64,000 nt of DNA, taken from the NCBI GenBank assembly GCA_028534125.1, contig CM052818.1, positions 17,052,001-17,116,000 on the forward strand. Reading direction: 5' to 3'. The translations under genes and the position numbers were made by a program. A model generated the notes under the pieces. The model saw only the letters and a program-made list of their open reading frames with translations. It made no database searches and was not told the DNA's origin. Positions 23,386 to 37,000 of this stretch are shown one piece after another. This DNA comes from Lama glama. Taxonomy: Eukaryota. How positions within the stretch are numbered: the stretch's first letter is position 1; every line of letters starts with the position of its first letter.

Positions 23386-26300
23386 TTTAAATTGGTCTTC
23401 CAGCCACAGAAACCACTAAAGCTAAAACAAGTCAGCTGGTACTCCATGTGACATCTAATTGGCAGCTACCGAGTCAAAACAATGAGGCTTCACTCATACT
23501 GTTGTCTCTAGAGGTTTGGGATAGATACCACTGCTCTTCCTGGCGGGGCATTTCCTACATCACTCTCTTCCACAGCCTGGGGCACGTGGCAGTGTCTTCT
23601 TGACGTGTAATCCCTCACATTTTATTTCCTCCTGACACAGTAGGGGGTAGAAGGATAAGGGCACAGTCAGCGTGTAAATCAAAACACACTTCACTTGGAG
23701 AGCTTTGGGATGGTTCATAGTTTCTGTCCATGTCTGAATTACAATCTATTTAGAATGCCCTGCTCTTCCTACTCCTGAAAAGGAATTGTGACAAAGTATC
23801 ATAGATGTTGAGTTAAATCACCTTATTTCAGATAGGTGAGCTTTGTCGAGTTGCTGGAAAGAGAGGGGCATCCCCCTGTTCGTTTTCACCACCTCTCTCT
23901 TTAGCCCGTGTGAGCTTTCCTTAACTGTGTCTTGGACTTTCTGCTCTATAGCATGTGGTATAAAATCTTAACTGTGATTTCATTTATGGCTCATAACGTT
24001 CTTATTTTCAGTCTAGGATGTAATCCCTCTTAGGATGATCAGTCCTGGGGGAAATACTACTAACACTATGTCTGAAGTCATAGAAGAAATTTTGGGGTGT
24101 TAGAACTGGAGGAATCCTGGAAGTCATTCTCCAAATCCAACCTCTTTATTTTGGAAATGGGGAAACAGACCTTAAAAAGTTATTTGTCCCAACCAAGAGC
24201 AATGAAAGGGTAACAATATTAGAGGACAGAATATTGTCAGATGAATTATAATATTTGAATGGCTGGCTCTGTTCCGTTGTAAAACAGTGGCACTCAAGAT
24301 ACAAAAATAGGGATGGCTTACCACTCTCATTAATTCACATCTTTATTCTTTAAAGATTAAAGTAAAAAAAAAATGCTCCACATAATGAAACAACCCATAA
24401 TCTACTGTAGCAGTTAGTAGTTAGGGCTTTCCTTGTATGGAATTTGAAAAAGCTCCTTTGAAATGAGACTTGATTTGCATATAAAGCAACCAGCTCTCAT
24501 TGAGAAATTTATTTATTTTAGTGATGATCAAATTTTGAAGTAAAATTATTTCAACACAATTTGGCCAAACCTAACCCAAACTTCATATAATACTTTGTTC
24601 AAACTGAGAGAGAGCTTTCAACTGCCAAGAATTTATGATAAGGGGATCAAAGTAGTTTTTTAAAAATTATATTTTCATCATTAATAAATACATAAATAAA
24701 ACCTTTGGAGAAATGTTCGAGGTCACTGAAAATGACTTTTGAGGATATAAATTTGAGAAAGGTTAAAGGAAAAATTGTAAATAATAGATTACTATCATGT
24801 ATAGCCCACATCTATGAAATTCCTAGAGGTTAATAGGTCTTTAAAAATATGCTTTTTCAATCTGATTTTTACAAAAGCAATACTAGTCATTCTCAGGCAC
24901 AAACATTTGTTTATATTCTTTTCATTTTTTATACCATTCACTAAAACCTGAAATATATGTTGTTGATAAGAATTAATGATCATTTAAAATTAGACTTAAT
25001 TTTCCTAACAAGCAGTTTTTGAGTGACTGTGACAACAGGAGAGAGAATTAGAGGTTGCCATAGAAAGTTCAGCCATGGTGTCCAAGTGAGATGCTCGGAG
25101 TCTGTCTGAGGACACCTGCAGCCCTGTCCATTCACCTTAGACTGCTTGGAAAGCATTTTTCTATATAAAAGTATCACAGTTGATTCCTAAGGTGCTCATT
25201 AGAGGTTTTTGTCTTGTTTGTTTAATAATCAAAGATAATGGAAAACTCACTAATACGTTCTTCCATCCCAATGTTTTGACCATGAGGGCTTCTGTAGTAA
25301 ATGACTTAGAAGGAAGGGTCATGCTGCCCCCTCATTAATCTTGCCTCAGGATCTGCTTCTGCTATTATGCATTTCTTCGTCTCTTTGTGCCTCCAAAGTG
25401 CTTTGAAACACCTGTTTCCCTCCTGCAGAGTGAAGATTATTCAACAGAGCTTGTTAGTAGGGGAATGAAACTGAGGAGGGAGGAAAGAATTGTTTTTGAT
25501 AAAAGGACCTCGAATGCTGTATTTGAAGTTTGTCTTTAGCCTTGTGTACTTGCTGGAGGTTTTACAAAGAGTTGTGCGAGCAGAGACACTGCATTTGCGA
25601 GGAAATTTAGAATTCTACCACTAAATGCTTGGGATGAGCCTAAGGATTGATTCTGGAAAAAATAAGTAAGTGCAATGCTAGGGGGAATTAAATCCCTCCT
25701 GAAATTTTGTCAACCTAATTAGATCAGCACAGCCTTTAATTACACTGAGAAACTTTTAGCACTAAAAATTTGGAAGATGCTGTGAGGTGGATGAGGTTCA
25801 GAAAATATTCTCTTATGTAAGCATTTTCACCCACCGTGAAAAAATAGTTGATTCCTACACGTTATCAGTGTGATCCCCTCTGCCATTTGCGGGGGTGGTA
25901 TTGCTGTAATTCCCACAACGTACCAGTATCAGCACTGGGGAAAGAGGTGCAATATTTTCTTCATGCAATTACGCTTCAATTCCTATTTTTCTTCTTTGGA
26001 CAAAAGAGGACTCTAGAGGACTCTGAAGGCCTCACAATTTATCCCCTCTATGGTAGAACCAGTCCATTAGATGTGGGTTCTCAGGTGTCCTGTTCTGTCT
26101 TATTTCTCTCATTACTCAGAGGGTAGAGTGCCTGTCATTTACATGAAAGAACAAAAATCCATGGCATAATTTGCATGTCAAGTTATTTTTCCAATTTTGA
26201 AACAAAAAGCTTTATGACCTGTTGGAGAAATTGGACCTGGAGGGAACTTTGGAGGATAAGGAGATCTTCACTGATGTCTATAAATCATGCAATTTGGGAA

Positions 26301-27884
26301 GAGGGAGGTCTTCTTTAGTTGGGAGGATCTCCTCATAGGGTCTTCAAAGTCATGATTAAACACAGTTCTCCCAGGTTTTCATTTTTTCCAGACTCTTCCT
26401 TGTCAGGGTACCTGATGCCCATAGATAGTGTCTGTCTTTCCTCTCCTATTACATTGTCACAGTCTATATATGGGTCGGTGACATTTTATAATGCATTTAC
26501 GTTAACCTTTCCACATGCGTCATTCATTCTTTTGGGAAAAGGATTGCTTTTTGCATTCCCATCTCACTTCTTCCTAAACATTTTCCATACAGATCCCCAT
26601 ATTTTGTCTCACCATATTGTTATATACTAAAGATGATAGATTCTACCTTAATTATCTTTATTTAAAAGAAGTCCTCAATTTCACGAACCATTTTAAGATA
26701 GATTTTGCTAATGCCGCCAAAATAATAGACTGTACAGAAGTACAGAGGGATTCCTGTAACATGGGGATTCACACCTTGGCTCTGGGCTGTTTTCCTAGTG
26801 GCCAGGTCTTGGTTAAGTGACTCGTTAAGATCGCTTAGTTTAGCCCAGCTGAAGAGGAGGCAAATTGACTTACAGTGTTTTGGGCAAAAGTTCTGGTCTA
26901 GGAAGAAAATAAATTTTCTCCACTTGATTTAAAACACAGGAGATGGCAGTTTGCTTTTAAAAATTTAACGAGAAAGCAAGATGGAGTTTGTGGGAATGTC
27001 AAAGAATTTGACAAATTCTCATGTGCCATTAACCTGATTTATTATAAGCCCTGCCTAATTTCTTTCAGATCTTGGAAATACAGAAATGTGCTTCGACTCT
27101 TTTGCTGTAATAAATTGTCAGCACTAAAATGCAAACAGAGGTCAATTACCCTTGCCTCTTTTCATTTTCACGGCAGCAGGCCACAGCTTCTTTTAACTCT
27201 TTTAACTTCTTTTAACCCCTTTCCTTCTTGAGGATGTCTTCCCAAGAACCCGTGTGAAGATAATAGTAATAATAATGATATCTTCATTATGCAAATGAGG
27301 CCTCTGAAATCTCAGCAGAACACATGTCTGAGTGGTGAGGTTGCACCCTGACCTTGATTTTGCATCCATAAGTAGGATACTTCTCCTAGTTAAAGCACAT
27401 TGTCTGAATGAGCTCATCCCAACATACTCCATGATATAAACTCTGTGGTACCTAATTGTGGTGAGGATTATACTAGGCACTATAAAAAGGGATGGTAAAA
27501 GTCAGAGCTATTGCTACAACGATAAGGGAGCTGATATATATTCCAGAGTAGTGATATTATATTAAGCATTTTCTATTCCTCATGTAATATCGCAACATCC
27601 AGTGATGTTACCCAATAGTCTTGTGCCTAGGGGCATCAGCAGTACAGCAAACAGTTTACTCTAAAAAAATAAATTAATGTAACTGTACGAAACCATTTGA
27701 TATTAGTACTTCAAACATAGCAGCCAGGGAGACATGGGAGGAGAGAAGCAATTTTTATACGTGACATGGCATTTTGTCTTTGGTACTGCTTTTATTGTTA
27801 AATTGCATAGGGGGGTACACTTATCATTTTTTTCCAGTCCTTTATATGTTCAAAAGTAACTCTCTGAGCATGACAGAAATTACA

Positions 27885-28025
27885 CACTAGTACTATCCCT
27901 GTTTGACAAATGAGGACCTGGGGACAGCAGAAGTTAAGTAACTGACCTAAAGAATTTGTCACGATCGGAACCTTAACTAATCGGACCACAGAATCCTTTT
28001 ATTTAACCGCTATTCTGTGTTGCTT
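27885..28025 (-). mobile_element. MIR SINE fragment
   Basis: tgacaaatgaggacctggggacagcagaagttaagtaactgacctaa. Confidence 0.6.
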
Positions 28026-29009
28026 CCTTTACTCGTAATCTTGCTTCTTTTTTTCTAATCTCAATATTTTTATTAAGGTCTAATGAAATGAAGTGAACTT
28101 TTCAGGAACCTTGAAGAGAAAGAAAACACAAAATTGCAGCCTAGATCACTAGGATGCTGGAGAAGGGGGTGTCTAAGTGGGAGAAGAGAGCGGGGTGCAG
28201 GGAGTATTTCTCTGGTGCCCAGTTATACCTGAGCTTCCAGTGGGAATTTTTGCTTCCACTCTTCAAACTGGTATGGACTTAAACTTCTTCTCACCTCTCT
28301 AAGTCTTCATACCCTTCCTCCTCTAAGTGTGTAAATAAGATAATAATGCCTGTCATAAATTCTGTACACTGCAGCCAACCATATGCCATCCAATGGGTTG
28401 CGCACACACACACACAAAAAAAAAACCCCCCCACACATTTGGAAGTACTTTTTAGAGTCCTATAAAGTATTGACTTCATGGATTGCTACAAGTAAGCTTG
28501 CTTCTTTGCAATGTAGCCCTGGGGACAAGGGAAATAAGCAATTGGGGCAGAAACCAGGCTTTTTGCCATAGACACTCCTTTTGTAGATTGGGTTCAGGGA
28601 GTCCCATCTGCTCAGGTCCCTGAGGAAGTGGAACTCGACTCTTTCGTCTACAAAGCATCTGGTGAGTCCTTGTCTGGAATTCAGCTTTTTGAACGTAGCA
28701 ACCTCCCTTCCAGGGGAGCCACAGATTTTTATTTCTCATCATTTTCAGCAGATGCCCCATAGCCTGGAACTGTATCAGCAGTTGGCATAATGCACTGTAG
28801 TGCTTTCAAATATCAGGCTAGCATAGCCTGGCTTGGTAGGGGGTCCAGTGACATTTTAATTCTGAGGAATTGATGCATTTTATAGAATATAGTATTTTCT
28901 AGCTCAGCAGAAAGCAATAATGAATAATGTCTAAGACTAAAACATTTCTTCTTAACTTCAGCATCCACTAGTGTATCTTGTTTAAATTGTTCCATTCACT
29001 TATGTATGT

Positions 29010-29270
29010 GTGTGTGCATTCAATGAGCCAGCATTAATCAATACCTACTGTGTGCTAGACTCTGTACTAGACAATGGGGACACACAGATAAATAAGACAA
29101 CACACTTAGCAATCTGGGAAGGAGAACCTGACAAGGAGACAGAAAATTACAATACAAGTTCCTTAAATAAGGTATGGAAAATTGCTCTAAAAATACAGCA
29201 GAAGATGTGACTAATTCTGCCAGAGGAAATTTGTAATGCTTTCAAAGAGAAGGTGACAAGGTAATCTGAG
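29010..29270 (-). mobile_element. L2 fragment
   Basis: atacctactgtgtgctagactctgtactagacaatggggacacacagataaataagaca. Confidence 0.7.
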
Positions 29271-30029
29271 TTATCCTCTCCGTCTCTCTTTGCTCAGCTC
29301 TATAATGGGCAGGATGTTATATGGGATTGAAGCACAATGAATTCGTTCTGCTCTCAGAATTGGAAAAGAATAGGAAAGATAAAAAGACATAAAGGATTAG
29401 AAAACACACTTCAAAGAAAAAGAAAAGTAAAAGCTCCATATAAATGCAAGCTTGTACTTTAGCAAGTTTGAGCCATATTTTAAAAATCTGATATCCACCC
29501 AAAATAAAGTGACTATTTCGGTTTTCATCTTAATTTCTATTATGAGATGATATACTCTTGTCTTAGTTCTTTGGATCAAGTGCTGTGTTTGGAAGAAAAT
29601 TATTCCTGTGCATGGTAATTGGTCTGTTTTTTTCAGGAGAATCATCATGATTGAAACATGCTTAAAACAAATTAATTACTTTAAAATGAAAATAATTCTG
29701 TTATCATTCATTCAGAAGCATGTGATTTTAAATAATAGGAAAATTAGATTTTTATCTTTGTTGAGCAAATATTCTGCACACAGAAAAGTTGGTGACTGTG
29801 AGTGTTCAGTTTAGTTTCATGTGTATTACATGACTATGAACTATGTACCAGGGTCTGTGTGAAGTAGCAGGCTATAAGATAATTAGATTGACATAGGTCA
29901 ACTAAACAAGGTCATGATAAATGAATTGTCCATCAAACATGTATTTGTTTGAGCCTAAGTTTCTAAATATGAATCGAATGGGGATGAGAGTAACCGGTTA
30001 TATATTGGCATTTCATGAAATTAGTTAAA

Positions 30030-30220
30030 GGGAGTGGCTTTAGAATCAGATAGACCTGGGTTCCAATCCTGGTTTCCCAGACTTGGTAGCTGTGTGACCT
30101 GAGAAGAGTAATTTAATATTTTTGTGCTTTATTTTCCTTCCCTCTAAAGGAGTAAGTGAAACTATGTAATTGAAGCAGTCATGGTGCCTGTGATACTGTA
30201 ATATTTCAGTAAATGGTGAG
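30030..30220 (+). mobile_element. MIR SINE
   Basis: ggctttagaatcagatagacctgggttccaatcctggt...agctgtgtgacct. Confidence 0.75.
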
Positions 30221-30261
30221 TGTTAACTATAGTTAGATTGCAGGTAGGAATGGGACCTATA

Positions 30262-30441
30262 ACATTGCTAGTTCATGGACATATGACCTGTGTAGTCACC
30301 CAGGGCCCTACACTTGGAAGGACCCTGCTCTTGGGTTAATATCTTCCTGTTGCCATCTTGAAATTCTTAATAACTTTGGAACAAAGGAGTCCCTCATTTA
30401 CACTTTTGCATTGGACCCTGCAAAGTGTAAGGATTGTCCTG
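30262..30441. mobile_element. MER53-like hAT DNA transposon
   Basis: gacctgtgtagtcacccagggcccta...gccatcttgaaattcttaataactttggaacaaagg...ttttgcattggaccctgcaaa. Confidence 0.75.
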
Positions 30442-31221
30442 ATTGCAGACGAGTTTATGAGATTTTGTACACATTATCTCATTTTAGAAGTCATTTCATT
30501 TAACTTAGGTCCTATGAGCTTTGTGAGGAAATTGAATTGACTTGGAGATCACAAATTATTTATAATATCATCAAGGCCACATCACTCATACGTGAAAGAA
30601 TCCAGAAGAAAGCCTCCGTTTATTGGCTCTAGCCAGTGTGCTTGCCTCTTTTGTTCTCCTGAATTATAATAGCCACCTTCCAATGTATCAAAAATTAGTA
30701 AAGATGACTGAGAAGGTCAGAATTTTTAGGAAAGCACCGGTATGTTTTTAATAATTAGGAAATCACTTAATTTTTATAGTTCAAATACAAAGATTGTTTT
30801 ATTTTTTAAGGATAGTATCATCATCGGATTTCACGTAACATTATTTTTCAGACACAATCACTGTATTTCCTGCTTGCATTTGCCACTTGTAGATAAATCA
30901 GAGTCTCGTACGTGAGACTTAAATCTTTAAATGAGTAAATTGACCTTATTTGTTAATATTTTCTTCCCCATGTCCCTTAGACTAAAAGGTACGAACACCA
31001 ATGATTGAATTCAATCCTTTATTAACATTACCATTAGCTATTTTTGAATAATTATCTGATTTATCATGCATCGATCAACACATTTATGTAAAATTACACA
31101 GAATTTATATAGAACAATTTCTAAACAATAGCATGTGACTGAAAGCTGTAGTTTTTAGGTAGTTTAGAAGGAAACAAAGCCCAGCAACAACCCCTAGCCC
31201 ATTTAGGGATTAACTGTTTGA

Positions 31222-31370
31222 GGCGTGGTCTGTGAACCGTCAGTGTCATCTGGGAGCTTGTTAGATGGAAAACCTCATGCTCATCCCCAGATCTGCTAAA
31301 TTAGAATCTACATTTTAATAAGATCCCCAGATGATTTCATATGCAAATCAAAGTTTGAAAAATCAGTGAA
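31222..31370. mobile_element. MER5A-like hAT remnant
   Basis: catctgggagcttgttaga...ttagaatctacattttaataagatccccagatgatt...aaagtttgaaaa. Confidence 0.75.
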
Positions 31371-32268
31371 CTAGAGCACCTCAACAACCACATTCTATTG
31401 ACATCATTGACTACAAGATGCGCGATCATGTTACAATTGGCATTAAGCACTGCCAGTTCATCTAGGCTAGAATGCACCTCAACTGCAACAGCCGGTCTGT
31501 ATTTCAGACATCGAAATATAGAACAGTGTACAGCTTAGTAGCGCAGTAGTGACTCTGAGACTTACAGTCAGAGCCTCAGCATCTCAAAGTGCCAAAGAGC
31601 CTGCAGAAACTCTCCCAGGCTCAGTTCCTCCCAGGCCCCTGCCTGGGCTCGGCCTTTTCCCAGCGGTGGACGTCAGGTTTTTTGCATCCGATTATACTGA
31701 GGGCAGATAAACCACCAGGAAGCATGCAAGGCCAATCCTCCAACAGTCTAAATTTAGAGGCAAATACAGTCTTGGGACGAGTTGTACTTACTAACTAAGC
31801 AATAAGCTTTTGCTTCGGAAATAGTTGGAACTAAGCCCATGACTATTAAAGTAAAGCATCTGTGTGTTTTAATAACAATTTTAAACTAGGTCTCTTAACC
31901 TTTATTTGATTTTTAGAGTACTGCTTTCATAGCAAAATTTGTTAACTTGCAGAAGTGCTGAAAATCACTGTGTGCAGGTTTACTTGAGTTAATTATAATT
32001 TTTTCATGGTGATATTCTTATGCTGAGTTTTCCATATACTCTCTGCATTTTTTTAGGCCGTGGTTTATTCAGGATTATTTTACTTTACCACAATTTGCTA
32101 ACTTAAACAGATTTCTATGTATTTATTTACATTTTAACAACTTTGTAACATAATGGGTTATGCCCTAAAGGAAGTAAACTCTTCTTTGGATATAAATTAG
32201 ACAGTTGGGGATTTGAGGCATTAAGGAACCGTTCAGGGAAATGCTGCTTCTGCACCATGAATTTTAAT

Positions 32269-32302
32269 AAGAGCCCCCTAGAGGCAGCAAAGAAGTACGG
32301 CA
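32269..32302 (-). promoter_or_regulatory. Candidate CTCF site (core plus upstream motif)
   Basis: The minus strand reads TGCCGTACTTCTTTGCTG-CCTCTAGGGGGCTC. The core resembles CCASYAGRKGGC, with a TGCAGTAC-like upstream motif at plausible spacing. Motif match only. Confidence 0.5.
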
Positions 32303-32899
32303 CCTCTCTAAACTGAAGCACACAGCCTGGAATTTTCTTGGTGATTAAATGAACACAGAGATGCCTTTAACTGACATAAATGGGAAAACCATTAACCCCA
32401 GGAGGGGTGCGAAGTGTATGCTTATGTAATGTTTATAAAAAGATAACCTTGCCCGAAGTAAAGTGGCTGCAGACTTTGCCATGGGAGAAGAAAGTATCAC
32501 AGACCTGCTCAAAAGTTCGCCAGGACACCAGAATTTTATGGCATTTTACCTTTCCCCGCTATCTTCCTCCAAGTTCAATTTGTAATTAGTGGCTATTCTT
32601 GAAAATATTTTCAAACTAAACTTCTTTTGCTTTATTAGATTAGAATAATACTGAGAATGCCACCGCCTACCTCCATCCACCACCCAGGGAAATGCAGCCT
32701 TTTTTCACTTCATCCAACTTTGCCTGCACTTGTAATAAACTCTTTCTTTCTGTCCTGGAAATACACATAACACAGGAAGCAATTAAATTTGAAGTTGGTT
32801 ACCCAGAAGTATAGTTTACATACTAGGAAAGGTTTTAATATTTGTATTAGTTTTCTTTTAAGTACTGTAGTACTTGTAATTGAGTAACGATCCTTCAAA

Positions 32900-33720
32900 A
32901 TGTGTTCATTTATTCACCAAGCCCTCAGTGAGTGCCAGCTATGTCTCCTGCATGGAGGAGATGTTGGATTTACAAACAGGGATGATTTGCATTGCCTTGG
33001 CTAGATTCTGAAGACACATAAGCATACAAATGAACCCTAATGCTTTCAATTCAACAACAACAAAAATATATTAAATGATCTCCATGAAATGAGACTGTGC
33101 TAGATGCTAAGTAAGGATAGAAAAAGAATCAGACTTGGTACAGAAGAAACAAACACAGAAGTCATTAGGTCCCCTTGCTCTGCTTTTCCACCTCACCTTG
33201 GGCTTATCTCTGTCACAGTACTCATTGCTACTGTAATTGTACCAGTGTTTGATCATCTAGGGCTTCTCAAGAAGATTAAGCCCTAATACCCTAAGAGCTC
33301 CATTGTACATAATAGTGCTGGTTATGTGTCATCCTTGAGAGAATTGAGAAAACGGTTACTCAAATAATTTTCTGTGTTCTGTGGTTCAGGTGAGGACTGT
33401 GGTTGAGACAAGCTGGGAGATGACTTTCTTGGTGGCAGGGACTGTCACTTTATTGCTTTAGTGCTAGAACCTGGGGCATAGTTGGTGCTCTGGAACCCCT
33501 AAGTAGATGATTATAACTGCACTCAAGTGAGGTAAGTTGTGTAACAAAGATGTGGGCTGCATTCTAAGGCAATGCAGTGTATGAAGCGTGGTCAAGAAGT
33601 GTCAGAAAAAAAAAAAAAGTCTTTCCCAAGGAGATAATATTTGAGCTTAGTGTTGAAAGAACGGTAGTGTATCTCCATGTTTACAAGACATGAGATACAA
33701 AGTTGAAACGGAGGAAGAGT
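32900..33720. mobile_element. Cluster of L2 fragments in both orientations
   Basis: ttcatttattcaccaag, gactgtgctagatgct, ggcagggactgtc...gaacctggggcatagttggtgctc, tatttgagcttagtgttgaaaga. Confidence 0.55.
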
Positions 33721-33891
33721 TGGAGAAAAGGCATGGTTGTAAAAGAGTAACAACCATGTTTGGGGAATGCCTGGCATCAGGCATTGTGGCCAGGGAACGT
33801 ATGTATGGAAGAGAGGTGAACAATGATGCCGGATGAATACTGGAGGAAGTGACGTAGACAATGGATAAAATGATGACAGGCTATGGCTGCT

Positions 33892-34050
33892 CCAGTGGTT
33901 GAAAGTTTTGTGTGTAAGAATCACCTGAGAGTTCATTAAACTGCAGATCCCTGTCCCCACAGCTTCTGATTTAGCAATGGACCTGCATTTTTAACAGAAA
34001 TTTAAGGTTATACAGATGCCAATGATGCAAGGACTTTAACAGAGACTACT
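33892..34050. mobile_element. MER5-like hAT remnant
   Basis: cagtggtt...agaatcacctgagagttcattaaactgcagatccc...ctgcatttttaaca. Confidence 0.7.
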
Positions 34051-37000
34051 ATTTTGTTACAGGGTGCCATGGATACTTCTAGAAAAGTCTGTAATAGGGC
34101 TAGGATTTAATATGAATGATCAAAAGACCCTAAGCCTCCAGATTAAAAAAAAAAATCCTGAAACAGATCAAGGGAGTGATGTTAGAGGGGAATAACCAAG
34201 AGTCCAGAGGTACATCAAAGGTAGATTCAGGTGACTTGATGAGTTTTGGAGAAGAAAGAATCAAAAATACCAACCCAAGACAAGTCTATATATTTCTACC
34301 AAAACAAAGCAATCAAACCAGATAGTTTTCTTCCGAGTTCAAAGGAGGGAGGAACAAGAGCAGGGGAAGCGAGAAGGAAGGAAAAAAACTGGCTTCCTGG
34401 AATGCGGTTTTTGATCACTTGGACTGCAGGACTCTGGAAGTTGGCCAGCCCGCGTGAAGCGTGACCCAGTGAATTTCACGTAACCGGGTTTTTCATCTGT
34501 CAAGTGGGGGGATTAAGCTTTGTGTGCTTTAAAGTCCGTTCCTACAATAAGGTTTAAGTTCTGAACCAAAGCCCTTCCTGGGGTGGTGGTTGCAAACACA
34601 GATAAGCATTTTTCACGTAAAGCTATCTGAAAGTCCTATTCTCAGAAGCCCTCTGGCCAAAAAGGTTCTCACATTCCATGTTGAATGACCTTCATTATCC
34701 CCAAAAGATAGGAAAAGATAAGAATTTTCCCTCCCTGATCAAAACCAAGTCAAAGCAAAACAACAAACAAAAACTCCTAAAATCTAAGAAAAAATTGGGT
34801 TGAAAGAGATTTCTATCTGCCTGCTTAGTTTACGCTTCCTTCTTTCTTTCTTCCACCCCTACCTCCACCCCGCTGCACCCTGCTCTTAAGGAAAGGTGGG
34901 CAAAGCCTCCAGAATCAGATTATCAAGAAGCAGCACAAATGTAAGACTCTTTCTCTGCCCAGGCCCTTGAAGGCTTTCTGCGGCAACCACCTACTTTGAT
35001 GCTGGGAGCTCAGCGTTCTCATTAAGTCTTACGGTTTTCAATCAAACAAGTTTCATCGCTTTAAACCTGTAGCTGGTTCCACGGCCCAGTCATAGGGCAT
35101 ATGATCAAAACACTCAGGGTTTTAAAAAATTCAAAACACTGCTCTAGGGCTGAACTGCATTAAAGAAGAGAAATCAATGAGAGAGGAACCACCTTTGCAG
35201 GTGTAAGTGCGGGACGAGCTGAAAGTGCCAGTGGGAGAGATGAACGAGATTCAAAAGGTGCTTTCTCCTACCTGCGTGTTATTACAGTCTGCGTCCCTCT
35301 TCGCCAGAATCCATATCCCCTTGTATCCTATTAAGAATAGAAACTGTAGCTGAACCTTCAATAATTTTATTGGGAAGAAAGGAAGGAAGGAAGGAAAGAA
35401 AGAGATAGGGAGAGAGAGCTTCTTAATAATCCTCTTTCTTAGTGGGAAAAATAACATATCCAAAATTCAAAAATAAGAGCTATTCAACTATAAGAAGGTG
35501 CATGATGATTCAAAGAAGAAAATTCTGAATGGTGACAAAATCTTTAAAGATAAATGTAATTAAAATGTAAATACAAAGGGTATCTGTATGGAACTTGAAG
35601 AATAAAAAATTAGGAGACATGATTTAATCTAGCTTTCAGTAGACTTTTCCAGGATGCCAAAACCTGGTCTGAGGCAGAGGAGGGGGATGATGTTTACTCT
35701 CACTCTCCCATCCATCAACTTGAGATGCTATATTTTTCTGAGATCCCATATCCAGTATAATGCATGTGGGGTTGTCTGTATTTTGTGCCACCTATTTGAT
35801 AAATTTCCCAAATCTAGGTGAAATACAATGGAATCCTTTCAATCTTAGCCATTAAGATTCCCAGCCTTTTCCATAGAGCCATGAAATTTTAAAGAAAAAG
35901 AAAAGATGGCATCCTTTAGTTCTATTCAGCATGAAGGGAGAACTGAAGAGGCATGTTTTGGCCTCGCTGTTAACCAGTAGTAGAGCTGGGTAGAAAAATA
36001 GATCTTAGGATTCTTGCTCCAGACTCTTTCACAAAATAGCTCCCTCCACCAGCTTCCACGTGATTATTGATTCCTTCCCTAGCTTTGTGGAACCAGCGAG
36101 TAATGCAGGTATGGAAGATGTCATAGTTCTGTTTGATAACACCTGGTTTGTGTCTGACTAACCAACAAGATAAAATTGCCTCAGAGCAAAGAAGGAGCTA
36201 AACTTGTCTTATGCAAGAGTACACTTTCATGGTATTTAAATACACTCTAATCTACAATGTGCAGGCAGACCTGGCAGACACTAACTAAATTGAAGTGGTT
36301 TTTAAATCTTCCAGGTCAACACTATACAAACTTATGAAAGTCTACTTAAAATAGGTGTTAATGCACAGTAAACTTACCATGAAAATTAAAAAAAATATGT
36401 GAGTGTTAATTTCAAACTTCAGACTCTTCTCTCCATTCTTCCCATTTCTTAAGCAGTTTCCGAGATGACCATTTTGGACCTTCTGAGCAACTGACTTCTC
36501 TTAGAATTAGCTTGCAGAAGTCAAGGTCATGATTTCTGAGAGCTAGTCTCATAATCACTTGAGTTAACACAAGCCTTTGGCATGCTGCATCTGACCCCGT
36601 TCATCAGAATTTCCACTGTTTCAGTAGCATCCTAAAACCTGTGTCTAGCACACATGTCAAACCTAATATTACTCTATTTGTAGGACAGATTGGAAAGTTT
36701 AATTCTCAAATACCTAAGCATATTGGATCCTTTCAGAACTCTGATTTAGTTTACTTATAACTTCTTTCTTAGGTAGTCATGTTATCCCCAAAACATCAAA
36801 CTTTAACATCAGAATAAAATACGGAGGTATATATCATAGTGGTTGGGGGGAAAAAAGTCTAATTACACCTGAGCCTACAAGCATCTCTCAAATTAACCTT
36901 GAGTTTCTTGGCTGTCATCATCTAACAGAAAAGTTTATCAAGAGCTTTTGGAGAAAGATCACACTTCAGTTATTTCTCTGGAAACTTTACTTCTAAGTAA

